Assembly: GCA_051294375.1 (NCBI GenBank)
Contig: CM119267.1
Coordinates: forward strand, 7,916,683-7,980,682
DNA length: 64,000 nt
Direction of reading: 5' to 3'
Source of the DNA: Paraspadella gotoi
Taxonomy: Eukaryota; Animalia; Chaetognatha
Shown here: positions 52,160 to 64,000 of the stretch, piece by piece
Layout of the letters: each line of letters begins with the position of its first letter
Position numbering within the stretch: position 1 is the stretch's first letter
Made by a program: the position numbers and the translations under genes
Notes under the pieces: model-generated
Databases searched by the model: none
What the model saw: the letters and a program-made list of their open reading frames with translations, nothing else
What the model was told of the DNA's origin: nothing

Positions 52160-54895
52160 ATGCGGCGTGTGTATGGTATTTAAGGGGCTCGCCGGGAAAA
52201 GGACTGTGGAGGAAGATCAAAGCAAGAGGGCTCGTTGAATGACCTTGATGGCGTAAAAGTGGCGCGGGTTGAATTAGGGCATTGAAGAATCAAGGGATTG
52301 TTGGCTGAGAGAGAAGAAGAAGTTTCCTCCTGATTGTGTCTCTGTCCTGCAATCTATATTATACGCGGTTAATCCAAAGCTCCAAACTTATTTTTTAAAT
52401 CGGCATAGTCTGGTAAAATGACTGTAGTTTTATTGAGTAAATTCTTGGACTCTAAATTTATATAGCAAATACTGCCTGAAGTAATATTTATGTCGCTTAG
52501 AGTTCTTATTCTTCACTATTCAAAGATATATTTTTTTTAAACTATTTTAGCTGTTTAGTGAGAACACTAGCAAAAGAGCTCTGGAAAAGTTTTCTTGAAT
52601 TACTTTTTTTATTAAAAAAACAAAAGATCTCTAAGTTAACCGCGCAAGTTAGACGCTCGTGTGTCGCTTCATCCCGAAAGTTTTTTCACAATGAACATAC
52701 AAAAGAAACCCCGAATCAAGATTGAGAAACTAATTGGAGGTTCGTTAGTCATCTATGCAAGTGTATTATGGACTTTTGATGGAGGCTGGTTTTTTACAGG
52801 GCGCCACACCCGCAGGGGCTGTCACCTCGTTTGCGACAGCGAGACAGCATGTTTCATGTAGTCCGAGTTTTTGGGATCTGTCAGTAGGCCCCATGCCTAC
52901 AGGCGGGTTACCCGGTCCATCCATTTTTCTACATGGACAAAAGGGCCTTAAAACCATGGGACGCAACATTTAGATGGTGTGCCAATTTAGCTCCACTGAG
53001 CCATGATGGCGGCTGACGAAGAAGAAATAGTCTTAAATATCCATCTTGTGCGTCTGATAGGACACCAGAATGTTAATAATAATAACAAAATATTATGTAT
53101 ATCAGTCTATAGATTCTTTAAATCAAACAATAAATCCCAACCTTATACAGGGAAAACTACAATAAGCTGGCGACCTTTCAGCCATCACATTATAGAGTGC
53201 ACAAACTATAAACAAAAAGGTAACCAACAGTTTTCGAGACTCCCATCTTTTCCTCTCAACCTCTAATATCAAATCGTTCTCGAACTGAATCTTTTCCAAC
53301 CAAAATTTTTTTGTTTTTGTTTTTTTTGGCAAAAAAAACTAAAAAAAAAAAAAAAACAACCATCGTCTTGACGGCGAATGAAGTCACAAAACCGACGACT
53401 CAAACATAAAGAGGAATTTTGACGCGAGACTATAACGTCAACGCTTGGGTGAGGCGTTCGAACGGACTATTATATTAATATCTCCTGTTCATCGTAAGTC
53501 GGACACCCCCCTCCAACCCCTATTTTCCTAGGTCCCTTCCACCCCTCTCACCATTTTTTCCCGGACTTTTTTTTTTGTTTTTTTTTTCAGTGAAAAGAGG
53601 TTTTTTTTCTCATTTTGCAGGGTTGTGTTGCCCCCCCCCCGTATCATTGACTGGCGAGTCCTGTATGAAGCACCAGAATCGAATCCGTGTCACAATCCCA
53701 AATCTCATTGGTTTCCCGTTTTTTTTCCTTCCCTCAAAATACCTAAATTAATTTTCCCCCCTGATGCGTTCCTTCCTCTCTTTTTGCGAGATGAAAAAAA
53801 AAACAAACAAAATACAAAAAAAAAACATGACCAGACGAGCGAGAGAAAAAAACCAGAAGGAAAAAAACCCTGAACTGTGAACGCCTACGAACCGAGGAGA
53901 GTAGAAAATCGGTGTGGGAAAAAAAATCTATATACCCATATGTCTGCTCTCTTCTCCTGCTTCTCTCTCTCTCTTCCTTCTTCTGTGCTTCTCTCTCTTC
54001 TCTCTCTCTCTTTCGTCTCACTGACCCATTTCTGGGCTTCGATTTTCTCGATTTGTGGCTGTTCAAACAATTAGAGACATCACGTTCCTAAAGTGTTAAA
54101 AGACCCCATTTTTCTCTTAGATAAACAATTCCTTGTTAGTCTCCATATTAATTGATTTTTATATAAACGGCTGCTAAGTATATATTTATCACTAGTTTCC
54201 TACTTTTTTTTTCCCGATTATTTTGACGCGACCCCTTCGAATCGCCTTCGCCCTAAACATTATCCTTCATTTTTTTATAGCATTATCCCCATTCACTTTG
54301 TACACATTTTTTTTACTACTTCATTCGACGGACCGAGTGGCCGGCCGCTTTGTCAGATCACGTCTCGAAACAATAAATTTGATTTTTCCTCTTTTCTCTT
54401 TTTCTCTTTCATTGCAACTTTGGGGTTAAGGTATTTTCTCTTTTTTTTAGGGGTACGTGGGGTAGGAGGGTTGAGGGGGGAGGCGGTTTCCAAGCTAGGA
54501 GGAGAGGAAGTGGGAACTCGGGGCTGGTGGGGCGGTCGGCTGGAGGCGGGGCGTTAGAGTCTGCGAGCCGTCGGATGGAATTTAAAAAAAGAAAAAAGGC
54601 ACAGATTTCAATTATCGTGATTTCGAAATGTAATTACTGATATGATTATTAATTTTATAGCTATAAAAACCAGTATTAGTAGTAGTTTCAGTTTTATCTA
54701 AGCGAAAATCGTTCTAGTTTAATATTCAAAAAAGGCTTTTAAACAATAATGTTATTTTAATATTTTTTTCATGTCGGATTTCGAGATTGCCCATCTTTGT
54801 TGCCAACTATCGAGTTTTTTTCCACTCTTGGGTAGGGTGAGAAAGGTTTTTTTCCCCTTCCCTCTCTCTTCTCTCTCTCTATCATCTCTCTCTCG

Positions 54896-54926
<31 letters not shown>

Positions 54927-56690
54927 ATCTCTCTCTCTCTCTCACACAACTCTCCCTCATCTCCCACGCTTTCTCCTCTCCTTCTTACGGTCCGCAGGAT
55001 TTTTTTCTTCGCCGCGAGGGTAAAAGTCGCGGGTTCGTAATCCCGGTCAATCCTCACGATACGACGCGACGACAACCGACGACGATCAAACGACGACACA
55101 ACTTAGGATCTCTGCTCGTCGTTTTCTTTCGATGAAATATTTCCGCCACTTGGGTTATGGAATTTTCTCCGTCCTCGCCTCGATGCTTACATTTTTTTAT
55201 CGGAAATTTTAAAATTTAATTTTCTGCGATATTGTTTTTTCGAACAAATTACAATCGACACCCATCGTCCGTTTGTGGATTTTTTATTTTACTTCTTGAA
55301 TTCCAATACTGACTTTCATTCATTTCAAAAGTACGGAAAAAATTAATAATTAACTCTTTGTTTACAAAAGCAGATGAATTAATTCCCTTCGCGAAATTGT
55401 TTGTCCGTTTTCGCTTCGATGTACGAACGCAACATTCTTGTGTCATAAAATTAAAAAAACTTATCGGACAGGAAAGCTTCTGACTTTTACCGACGCCTTT
55501 CGTTGTCTCAAAAGCCAATATTTAAGGTTAGAATCGCTCTACGCTGTCTTTTCCCCGAATGACTGGGAGGAGTTATAATAATAATTAAACGAAAAGATAA
55601 AAGTCTGAAAAAGTTTCGAACCTCCCACCTGCCGAGCGCCGCATGACGTCGTGAGAAATCGGTTTCCTTTCGCACAAACGTCCATTTTCGACGATTTGTG
55701 ACTTCTTTTTTTTTTTTCTTTTTTAAAACTTTCCCCGTTAGACTTTTTTCTTTTCATTTTTTTTCTTTGATCGATAGGCCCGACAATATTTCCGCCGGAC
55801 GAATAAATCTCACACATTTTATTTTCAGGTTCAACATCCAGTTTTTTTTTCCCTCTCTTTTTAAATCCCACCTGCAAATTTGTCTCGTAAAAGTAGAACT
55901 TACCCGGAAACTTTAACGAAACCCGGTCCGTAACCCAGACTTACCCTTTGACTGCGGACGCCCAAATGAGTCGAGGGCTCCTCCCTGAACCCGGCGGTGA
56001 CCCGCTGCGCGCCGCCTCCTGTCACGCAAGAGGGGGTCTCCGCTCCCACGGCTGTGGTTCGATCCATTTGTGTAGAATCTCTTCTGTCATGTCATTCGCG
56101 GAAGAATACGCCTTGCGTCTTAGTTCCAAAGTTAAAAATTTCGTCACATTGTTGCAAACAATAGCATTCTTAACCGTTGAGGGTTTTTTTTTTACCGTCT
56201 GGTAAGTGAGCTCTCTTTCGAATAGATTATAATCACCTCTCTCTATCACCCCTAACACTTTTAGCCTAATTTATTTCATTTTCATCCATAAATCGTATAT
56301 TGATTTCCGCATTAATTCTACAATTTTTGCATTTCCTTCCTTCCAATCATGTTTGATTTACTTATTTAACTTATTCAACTTAATCTTTAATAATTGTTTT
56401 AACCTTCAACCTTAACTTTTTCGCACTGTTTCGCAATTCATCATCTCGCCCTCTCGTCCTCAATTCCACTTCATCTCGCGATTTATTTCGATTTAATCTA
56501 AAATAACGGATTCTCCTTATTTCCTTATTTCGAATTACCCAATATTCGTATCCCATCACCTTATAATGGACCACGTTGATGTTTCCAGCCTTTTGCACTT
56601 GATTCCTTCAATCAGCGCCTCTCGTTGCTCCCTTGCTACGTCACATCAGGACAAACCATATCACGTCAGTGGCGGATTTCTGTCGATGAA
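52110..56690. repeat. Segmental duplicate of 58994-64000 (both copies indel-rich)
   Basis: Colinear throughout except for an extra ~680 bp in the second copy. Confidence 0.85.
52775..53010 (-). mobile_element. Putative tRNA-derived SINE (noisy copy)
   Basis: Duplicate of 59575-59799, with A-box TGGCTCAGTGG at 53003-52993. Confidence 0.4.
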
Positions 56691-57916
56691 TCTTGAAGAT
56701 AATCTAGTTAGTAGTCAGACGACGTTCCCATTTCTTGTGCGGATATTGATTTCATAAATTTATTACGTCGCGAAACTGAGTAATTAATTAATCAAATTGT
56801 TCTTGTCACGTGTAAACTTTAGAATTTAAAAACCGATCTGAAAATTCCTCTCTCTCCTTCTTTCTCTCTCTCTCTCTCTCTTGGCAAATAAAAATATTTC
56901 TGTTTATTTTCCAAGTAAAGGGCCGTTTTCAGATTGATATTGTATAGCTTTTCGCTCTGGGATTTTGATTTCTCGAACTCGATCTGCAAATTGAAATTTT
57001 GAGAAAAACGGATTTCGCGCCGGCCACCTTTCGAAGAACGAGCGATGCACTTATCTCATCATATCGAATTGACACTCTCAATTCTGCAATTAGAATAATC
57101 GATGTCGGTTAGAAGGAGATCGAAAGGAAATTCCCCAACGGTTGGGAAATTCATCAAGTAATTTGCAATACTTAGTAAACTTAGAAAAAAAACAACTTTT
57201 TTCCTTTCTCAAGGAAAATAAATCCCGTTTCCATATTCTTAATCTCTCTTAACATTTTGAATGCCTTGCCTTATTTTTTATTATAGCTTTAAATTGACAT
57301 TTTTTTTTGCGTTTCAAATAAGCGACTTTTGGTTTCAATACCTTCTACTATACTGTTCGTACATCGCATTGTAATACATAGTTAATAAAAAAGGATATGA
57401 CTAAAAGATATTTCTTCTCCTAAAACATAAAAACTCTTACGTCAACCCACCTCACGAGCGTATCAACTTTTTTTTTTCACGGAAAAAATATAACGAAATG
57501 TTTTTGTTTACGAGGTGGTTTTTAACCCTGTACTCTCCAAAAGCTAATACAAAAAAAAACAGGGGAGAGAAAGAAAAAAGAAAAAAACTTAAAAGCGGCA
57601 AAAGAAATTGAAAAAGCCCTCGAGCATAAAAAAATTAAACCAACAAAACTCGTGAATAAGACAAATAAATAGGAGGTGTGGGTCAATGGTTCGGTTGCTG
57701 CCACCAGAGGCCGCTAGCTTTTAATTCCTCCTTTTGAACTCGAGTCAAATCTTCATTTGTCGAGGGAAGTAGATGAGCGAACGCTTTTGGCTTTCCGGTT
57801 TCTTGTTTTTCTTCTTTCTCTGCCGACGTTTCGTCCTTGTCGTCTCGATTGTATTTCCTTTTATTTCGTCACCTTTTAGAGAGAGAGAGAGTGAGAAGAC
57901 GAGGAGTATGAGAGAT

Positions 57917-57950
<34 letters not shown>

Positions 57951-58993
57951 GAGAAGAGATAGAGAGGAAAAAAGAGAGGAGAAAAGTATGTTCAAATCGG
58001 ATAGGGGGGGAGGTGGGGAAAAACAACGACAAGAAAATTTTTAAAAAGTTATTTTTAACAGGATAACGGAAAATGCCAAATCAAGAAATTAAAGAAGGAC
58101 TTTTTAAAAAACTTATCTCTACTATTTCTTATAACATGGTTGATATTCATACAAGAAAATTTTCAGAAAGTAGGAGATATAATAACTCGAAAAAACATAA
58201 GAACCATTCAAGTCCACAGGACGAAAAAAAATAAGAATGTGGCATTGCCAACCATTTCATTCATAAGAAGGGTGTTTCCTCTTGAAGACTGAAAAGGAAA
58301 CACAAAAAGAAATACCTCCAATACCCTTTTCATCATCTATTGAAGAGAGAGAAGAGAAACGAAGCACGCCCCATAATCTATTTTCTCATGATGGTTACAA
58401 GCCTTTTAGCAACTCCGCGACCCGCCCCGTAAAACACCAACCTACAAGTAATGCTCATTTTTGAAAAAAAAGGATAAATATTTTTTTTTTTTCATTGGAG
58501 AACGGTGGAGAATAAAGACGAAAAATACACGTGACAATCAGATATACGTAGGAATATGATAAACCGATAAAAACACCCGAATTTGGGTATGACTAAAGAT
58601 AAGGAGAAAGAAAATGAATGCAAATGGGAGTCTGCTTCGCCCCCATCATTGAAGAATTAAACAGAAAACTAATGAAAAGTCTCAATAGCCACGTGAAAAA
58701 TGAAAAAAAAAGAAAAAAAACCGAAGAAAGAGTGGAAAGAGGACGAAAAAACGTTTAAACGAGATACCTCAAAGGCTGTTAGGACCCTTTTCCAAAATGA
58801 GTTGAACACAGATTCCTTTATTCTTCCCGTCGGGACCGCGCTCCGTGAGGCGAAGGGAATGATTTCGTTACTGAAGAGGAAGAGAGGAGAGAGAGAAGGA
58901 GAGAGAGAGAGAGAGAGAAGAAGAGAGAGAGAGAGAGAGAAGAGCGATGGGAAGGAAGAGTAGAGGGGAGAAGAGAGAGAGGAATCCTCTCTC

Positions 58994-59031
58994 TTAATTA
59001 AAGTTAAATTTAGGAATTTTACTACGCCTTA
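58994..59031 (+). mobile_element. Right-end fragment of the foldback MITE with the TSD of the second site
   Basis: ttaattaaagttaaatttaggaattttACTACGCCTTA followed by ATGGGCAG (59032-59039), matching 50513-50520. Confidence 0.8.
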
Positions 59032-59574
59032 ATGGGCAGGGTGTATGTATTAAGGGGCTGGGGAAAGAGACTGTGGAGAAGATCAAAGCAAGAGGGCGTT
59101 GAATGACTGATGGCGTAAAAAGGGCGTGAATTAGGGTCATTGAAGAATCAAGGATGTTGGCTGAAGAAGAAGAAGTTTCCCCGAATGTAGTCTCCTAGCA
59201 TCATATATATACGGTAACCAAAGCTCACAAACTTATTTAAATCGGAAGTTGGTAAAATGACTTAGTTTTATTGAGTAAATTCTTGGACCTAAATTTTATA
59301 GCAAAACTGCAGATAATATTATTCGATTAGAGTTCTATTTCTTCACTATTCAAAATATTTTTTTAAACTATTTTTTACTTAGTGAAGACATAGCAAAAGC
59401 TCTGTGAAAGTTTTCTTGAATTATTTTTTTCATAAAAAACAAAAGATCTCAAAGTACGCCGCCAAGTAACGTGTGTCGCTTCATCCGCGAAAGTTTTCAA
59501 GAACAAACAAAAGAAACCCCGAATTCAAGATGAGAAACTAATGGAGGTCGTAAGATCAATCATGCAAGTGTATT

Positions 59575-59799
59575 ATGATGTTGAAGAGGCTGGTTTTACA
59601 GGGCGCCACACCCGCAGGGGTGTCACCTCGTGGCGACAGCGAGACAGCATGTTCATGTAGTCCAGAGTTTTGGATCTGTCAGTAGGCCCATGCCTACAGG
59701 CGGGTTACCCGGTCCATCCCATTTTCTACATGACAAACTCAGGGCTAAAACCAGGGACGCACATTTAGATGGTGCATTAGTCCACTGAGCCACTGAGGC
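59575..59799 (-). mobile_element. Putative tRNA-derived SINE (~225 bp)
   Basis: Minus-strand head GCCTCAGTGGCTCAGTGG (Pol III A-box at 59792-59782) and a degenerate B-box GGTTTTAGCCC at 59752-59742, at tRNA-like spacing. The GC-rich body sits in AT-rich flanks and ends in a short (CAT/CAA)-like tail. Confidence 0.45.
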
Positions 59800-62291
59800 G
59801 CTGCGAAAGAAATAGCTTTAATCCATCTGTGGTGATAGGACCACCAGAATGTAACATAATAACAAAATATTATGTATATCAGTTATAGATTCTTTAACAT
59901 CAAACAATAAATCCCAACCCTTATAACAGGAAAAATACAATAAGCTGGCGACTTCTCAGCCATCAATTATAGAGATAGCACAAACTAAGAAAAAGGTAAC
60001 CAAAGTTTCGAGACTCCCATTTTTCCTCTCACCTTTAATATCAAATCGTCGAAACTGAATCTTTCCAAAACCGACGACAGAAATAGGGGTAGCCCATTCA
60101 AATGGGGTTGAGTGTAGAAAATTAGAATTATTACATGCTCATATCACGAAAGATTTATGACATTTTTGAAGTGATACTTTTCAATGGACAAAACATTTCT
60201 TTATGGTGGCTCTATAGTCCCAATAATTAATACGTTTTAATATTTATTTGATAAATAGGAAGGCCAAAAATTTTTCTTTCAGAAGTTTTCTAAAATTTTA
60301 AGACCAGGATTCAGAGTAGCTGCATAAAAGTTGTCTAGCACAAGTATAATTCTTTTTCTAAATATTTTCAAGAGTGTTAAAGTGGAGTCAAATAGAAGAG
60401 AACCTTAAAGATCATCCATCATCATCATAGCTTTCGATAATTTTATTCAGTTTTTTTTTTATTTTCCACACTAGAAAACGTTAAGATATTTATTAAAAGC
60501 TTGTAATTATATTTCTTGTTTTAACTTATTTTGCCTATCAGAATACATCAAAAAAATTTTAAGAGAGTCAAAAAAAAAAATTTTAATAATGTAAAAAAGA
60601 CAAGATAATACTTTAAATGTATTAATGCAAGACGTATAATGTAAATTTTTTTTGGAAAATGATTGCTTGAAATATTTAGGCAAGACAACTAAAATGAACT
60701 TTGCAATGGAGTCGTCGAAATTTTATATTATTTCTGGAAGTTGGTCCTCTAACCACAAAAAAAACAAAAAAAAAAAGAAACAATCCATCGCTTGTGACAG
60801 GCGACATGAAGTCGAAAAACTCGACGCTCAAACATAATAGAGGAATTGTTGATCGCGAAGACATAACGTCAAAGCGCGTTGTACGTCGAACGGAATTAAA
60901 TTATCCTCCTTCATCGATCGGACACCCCCCTCCACCCCTTTTCCATCCCCTTCCACCCCTCTTCCACATTTTTCCCGACTTTTCTTTTTTTTTTTTTTTT
61001 TCAGTGAAAGAGGTTTTTTTTTTCTCATTTTGCGGGGTATGTGTTCCCCCCCCCCGTACATTGATCGAGTCCGTAAGACCAGATAACGAAATCCGTTGTC
61101 AAACTCCCAAATCTCATTGGTTTCCTTTTTTTTTCCTTCCCCTCAAAATACCTAAATTTTTTCCCCGATCGTCCTTCATCCTTCTTTGGAGATGAAAAAA
61201 CACACAACAACAAAAAAAAAAAACAAGACAGAGAGACGAGAGAAAAACAGAAGAAAAAAAATCTGATACGGTGAACGACCAAACGAGAGAAAATCTGTGT
61301 GGGGAAAATAAAAATCTTTACCCATACTGTTCTCTCTCTCTCTCTCTCTCGTCTCTCTTCTCTTCTCTCTCCTCTTCTTCTCTCTTCTCTGCTTCGGTCT
61401 TCGTCTTCCTGTGCCTCTTTCTGTGCTCTCGGTCTCGTCTCATCTCGCGCCTCTTCACTGATCTCATTGTCTGCTTCGAATATGGTTTCTCGATTTTGGT
61501 TCAAACAATTAGAACGGACATCAACGTTCCTAAAGTGTAAAGAATCCCCATTTTTCTCTTAGATAAAAACATCCTTGTTAGACTCCCTATATTATTGATT
61601 TTAATGAACGACTGAGTAAATATATTTATCACAGTTTCCTACTTTTTTTTTCCCCCCGATTATTTGACGACCCCCCCTTCGAATCGACTTCAGCCCTAAA
61701 CATTATTCCTCATTTTTTATAGCATTATCCCACATCACTTTGTACACATTTTTTTACTATACTTCATCGACGGACCCGAGTGGCGGCGTTTGTCAGATCA
61801 ACGTCGAAACAATAAATTTGATTTTTCTCTTTTCTCTTTTTCTCTTTCATTCAACTTTTTAGGTTAAGGTATTTTCTCTTTTTTTTTAGGGGGGGGGTAG
61901 GAGGGGGGGAGGCGTTTCCAAGCGAGGGAGGAGAGGGAAGGGGACTCGGGCGGTGGGGCGGTCGGCGGAGGCGGGGCGGTTAGAGTCTGCGAGCGTCGGA
62001 TGGAATTTAAAAAAAAAAAAGCACAATTCAATTATCGTGATTTCGAATATGTAATTACTGAATGATTATTAATTTATATTAGCTATAAAACAGTAGTAGT
62101 AGTTTCAGTTTATCTAAGCGAAATCGTTCCTAGTTAATATCAAAAGCTTTAAACAATAATGTTATTTTTAAATTTTTTTCATGTCGATTTCGAATGCCCA
62201 CTTTGTTGCCAACATCGAGTTTTTTTTCCACCTCCTTTGGGTAGGGTGAGAAAGTTTTTTTCCCCTTCCTCTCTCTCTCTCTCTCTCTCTC

Positions 62292-62351
<60 letters not shown>

Positions 62352-63295
62352 CTCTCCCTCTCTCCCACGCTCTCTCTCTCTTTTACGGTCCCAGGATTTT
62401 TTTCTTCGCCGCGAGGGTTAAAAGTCGCCGGTTCGAATCCCGGTCAATCCTCACGACGACGGCGACGACAACGACGACGACAACGACGACGACAACTTAG
62501 GATCTCTCTCGTCGTTTTCTTTCGATGAATATTTCGCTACTGGGTATGGAATTTTCTCCGTCCTCGCCTCGATGTTAATTTTTTTTTCGGTAAAATTTTT
62601 TAAATTTATTTTCTGCGATATTGTTTTTCGAACAAATTACAATTCGACACCCATCGTCCGTTTTGTGGATTCTTTATTTTTACTCTTAATTCAATACTAC
62701 TTTCATTCATTCAAAAGTACGAAAAATTAATAATTACTTTTTTTACAAAAGCAGATTGATTAATTCCCTCGCGAATTGTTTGTCCGTTTTCGCTTCGATG
62801 TACAACGCAAACATCTTGTTCATAAAATTAAAAAAACTTATCGACAAGCTTCTGACTTTTACCGCCTTTCGCTTCAACGCCAAATTTAAGGTAGAATCGC
62901 TCTACCGGCTCTTTTCCCCGAATGACTGGGAGGATTATAATAATAATTAAACGAAGAGATAAAAGTCTGAAAAAGTTTCGAACCTCCCAACCTGCCGCGC
63001 CGCATGACGTCGCTGAGAATCGGTTTCCTTTCGCCAACAAACGTCATTTCGACGATTTGTTGATTTTTTTTTTCTTTTTTAAACTTTCCCCCGTCTTGAC
63101 TTTTTTTTCTTTTCATTTTTTTTTCTTTGATCGATAGCCCGACAATATTCCGCCGACAATAATCTCACCTTTTTTTTTCATTCAAAATCCAGTTTTTTTT
63201 CCTCTCTTTTTAAATCCCACCTGCAAATTTGTCGTCGATAAAAGTAGAACTTACCCGAAACTTTAACGAAACCCGCGTCCGTAACCCAGACTTAC

Positions 63296-63437
63296 CCTTT
63301 CGACTGCGACGCCCAAATTGAGTCGAGGGTCCTCCCTGACCCGGCGGTGACCCGCTGCGCGCGCCTCCTGTCACGCAAAAGGGGGTCTCCGCCTTCCACG
63401 CTGTGGTCGATCCATTGTGTAGAATCTCTTCTGTCAT
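63296..63437 (-). CDS. Possible coding exon (MTEEILHNGSTTAWKAETPFCVTGGARSGSPPGQGGPSTQFGRRSRK), noisy duplicate at ~55945-56090
   Basis: ATG-initiated GC-rich open frame ending at a G|GTAAGT donor (63295-63290). The frames differ between the two copies. Confidence 0.3.
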
Positions 63438-64000
63438 TCATTCGCGGAAGAATACGCCTTCGTCTTAGTTCCAAAGTTAAAAATTTCGTCACATGTTGCA
63501 AACAAATAGCATTCTTACCGTGAGGGTTTTTTTTACCGTCTGGTAAGTGAGCTCTCTTTCAATAGATTATAATCACCTCATCTCTATCACCCTAACACTT
63601 TAGCCTAATTTATTTCATTCATCATAAAATCGTATATTGATTCCCATTAATTCTACATTTTGATTCCTTCCTTCAAGTCATGTTGATTTAACTTATTTAA
63701 CTTATTCAACTTAACTTTAAATTGTTTTACCTCAACCTTAACTTTTTTCGCATCTTTCCAATTCATCATCTCGCCTCTTCTCAATTCACTTCATCTCGTG
63801 ATTTATTTTCATTTCATCTAAAATAACGATTCTCCTTATTTCCTTATTTCGAATTACCCAATATCGTATCCATCACCTTATTAATCGGACCACGTGATGT
63901 TTCCAGCCTTTCACGATTCTTCAAATCAGCGCCTCTCGTGTCTCCTTCTCACGTCACATCGACAAACCATATCACGTCATCGGATTTCTGTCGTGAATCT

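Noticed and set aside
50513-52167. MITE acting as an introner (self-splicing-out insertion)
   Set aside because: On the minus strand that carries the open frame, the element ends …ACGCCTTA with no terminal AG and the TSD (CTGCCCAT) supplies none. There is no canonical GT at the start either.

Overview
Eukaryotic DNA, probably from an invertebrate animal (inferred). It is AT-rich, CpG is not depleted, and it is dense in (GA)n, (GAC)n and (GAT)n microsatellites. It comes from a low-quality gap-filled scaffold. Roughly half of the window is near-tandem duplicate sequence, often next to 25-N gaps and often present as an indel-riddled copy resembling raw long reads. No protein with a recognisable domain is visible, and most ORF-track entries are microsatellite or N-gap artefacts. 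The best-supported elements are: (1) a ~610-bp AT-rich foldback MITE with TAAGGCGTAGT terminal inverted repeats and 8-bp nTnnnnAn target-site duplications at two independent sites (hAT-like); (2) a CCA-bearing tRNA-Leu 3' half between ~29-bp direct repeats; (3) DINE-1/HINE-like (Helentron-associated) elements; (4) a putative tRNA-derived SINE; (5) in-frame spliced minus-strand exons at 39-40 kb encoding an Ala/Pro/Gly/His-rich, transcription-factor-like protein that I cannot identify. I see no convincing new multi-gene system. The novelty candidates are at the level of mobile elements, retroposed RNA and structural variants.
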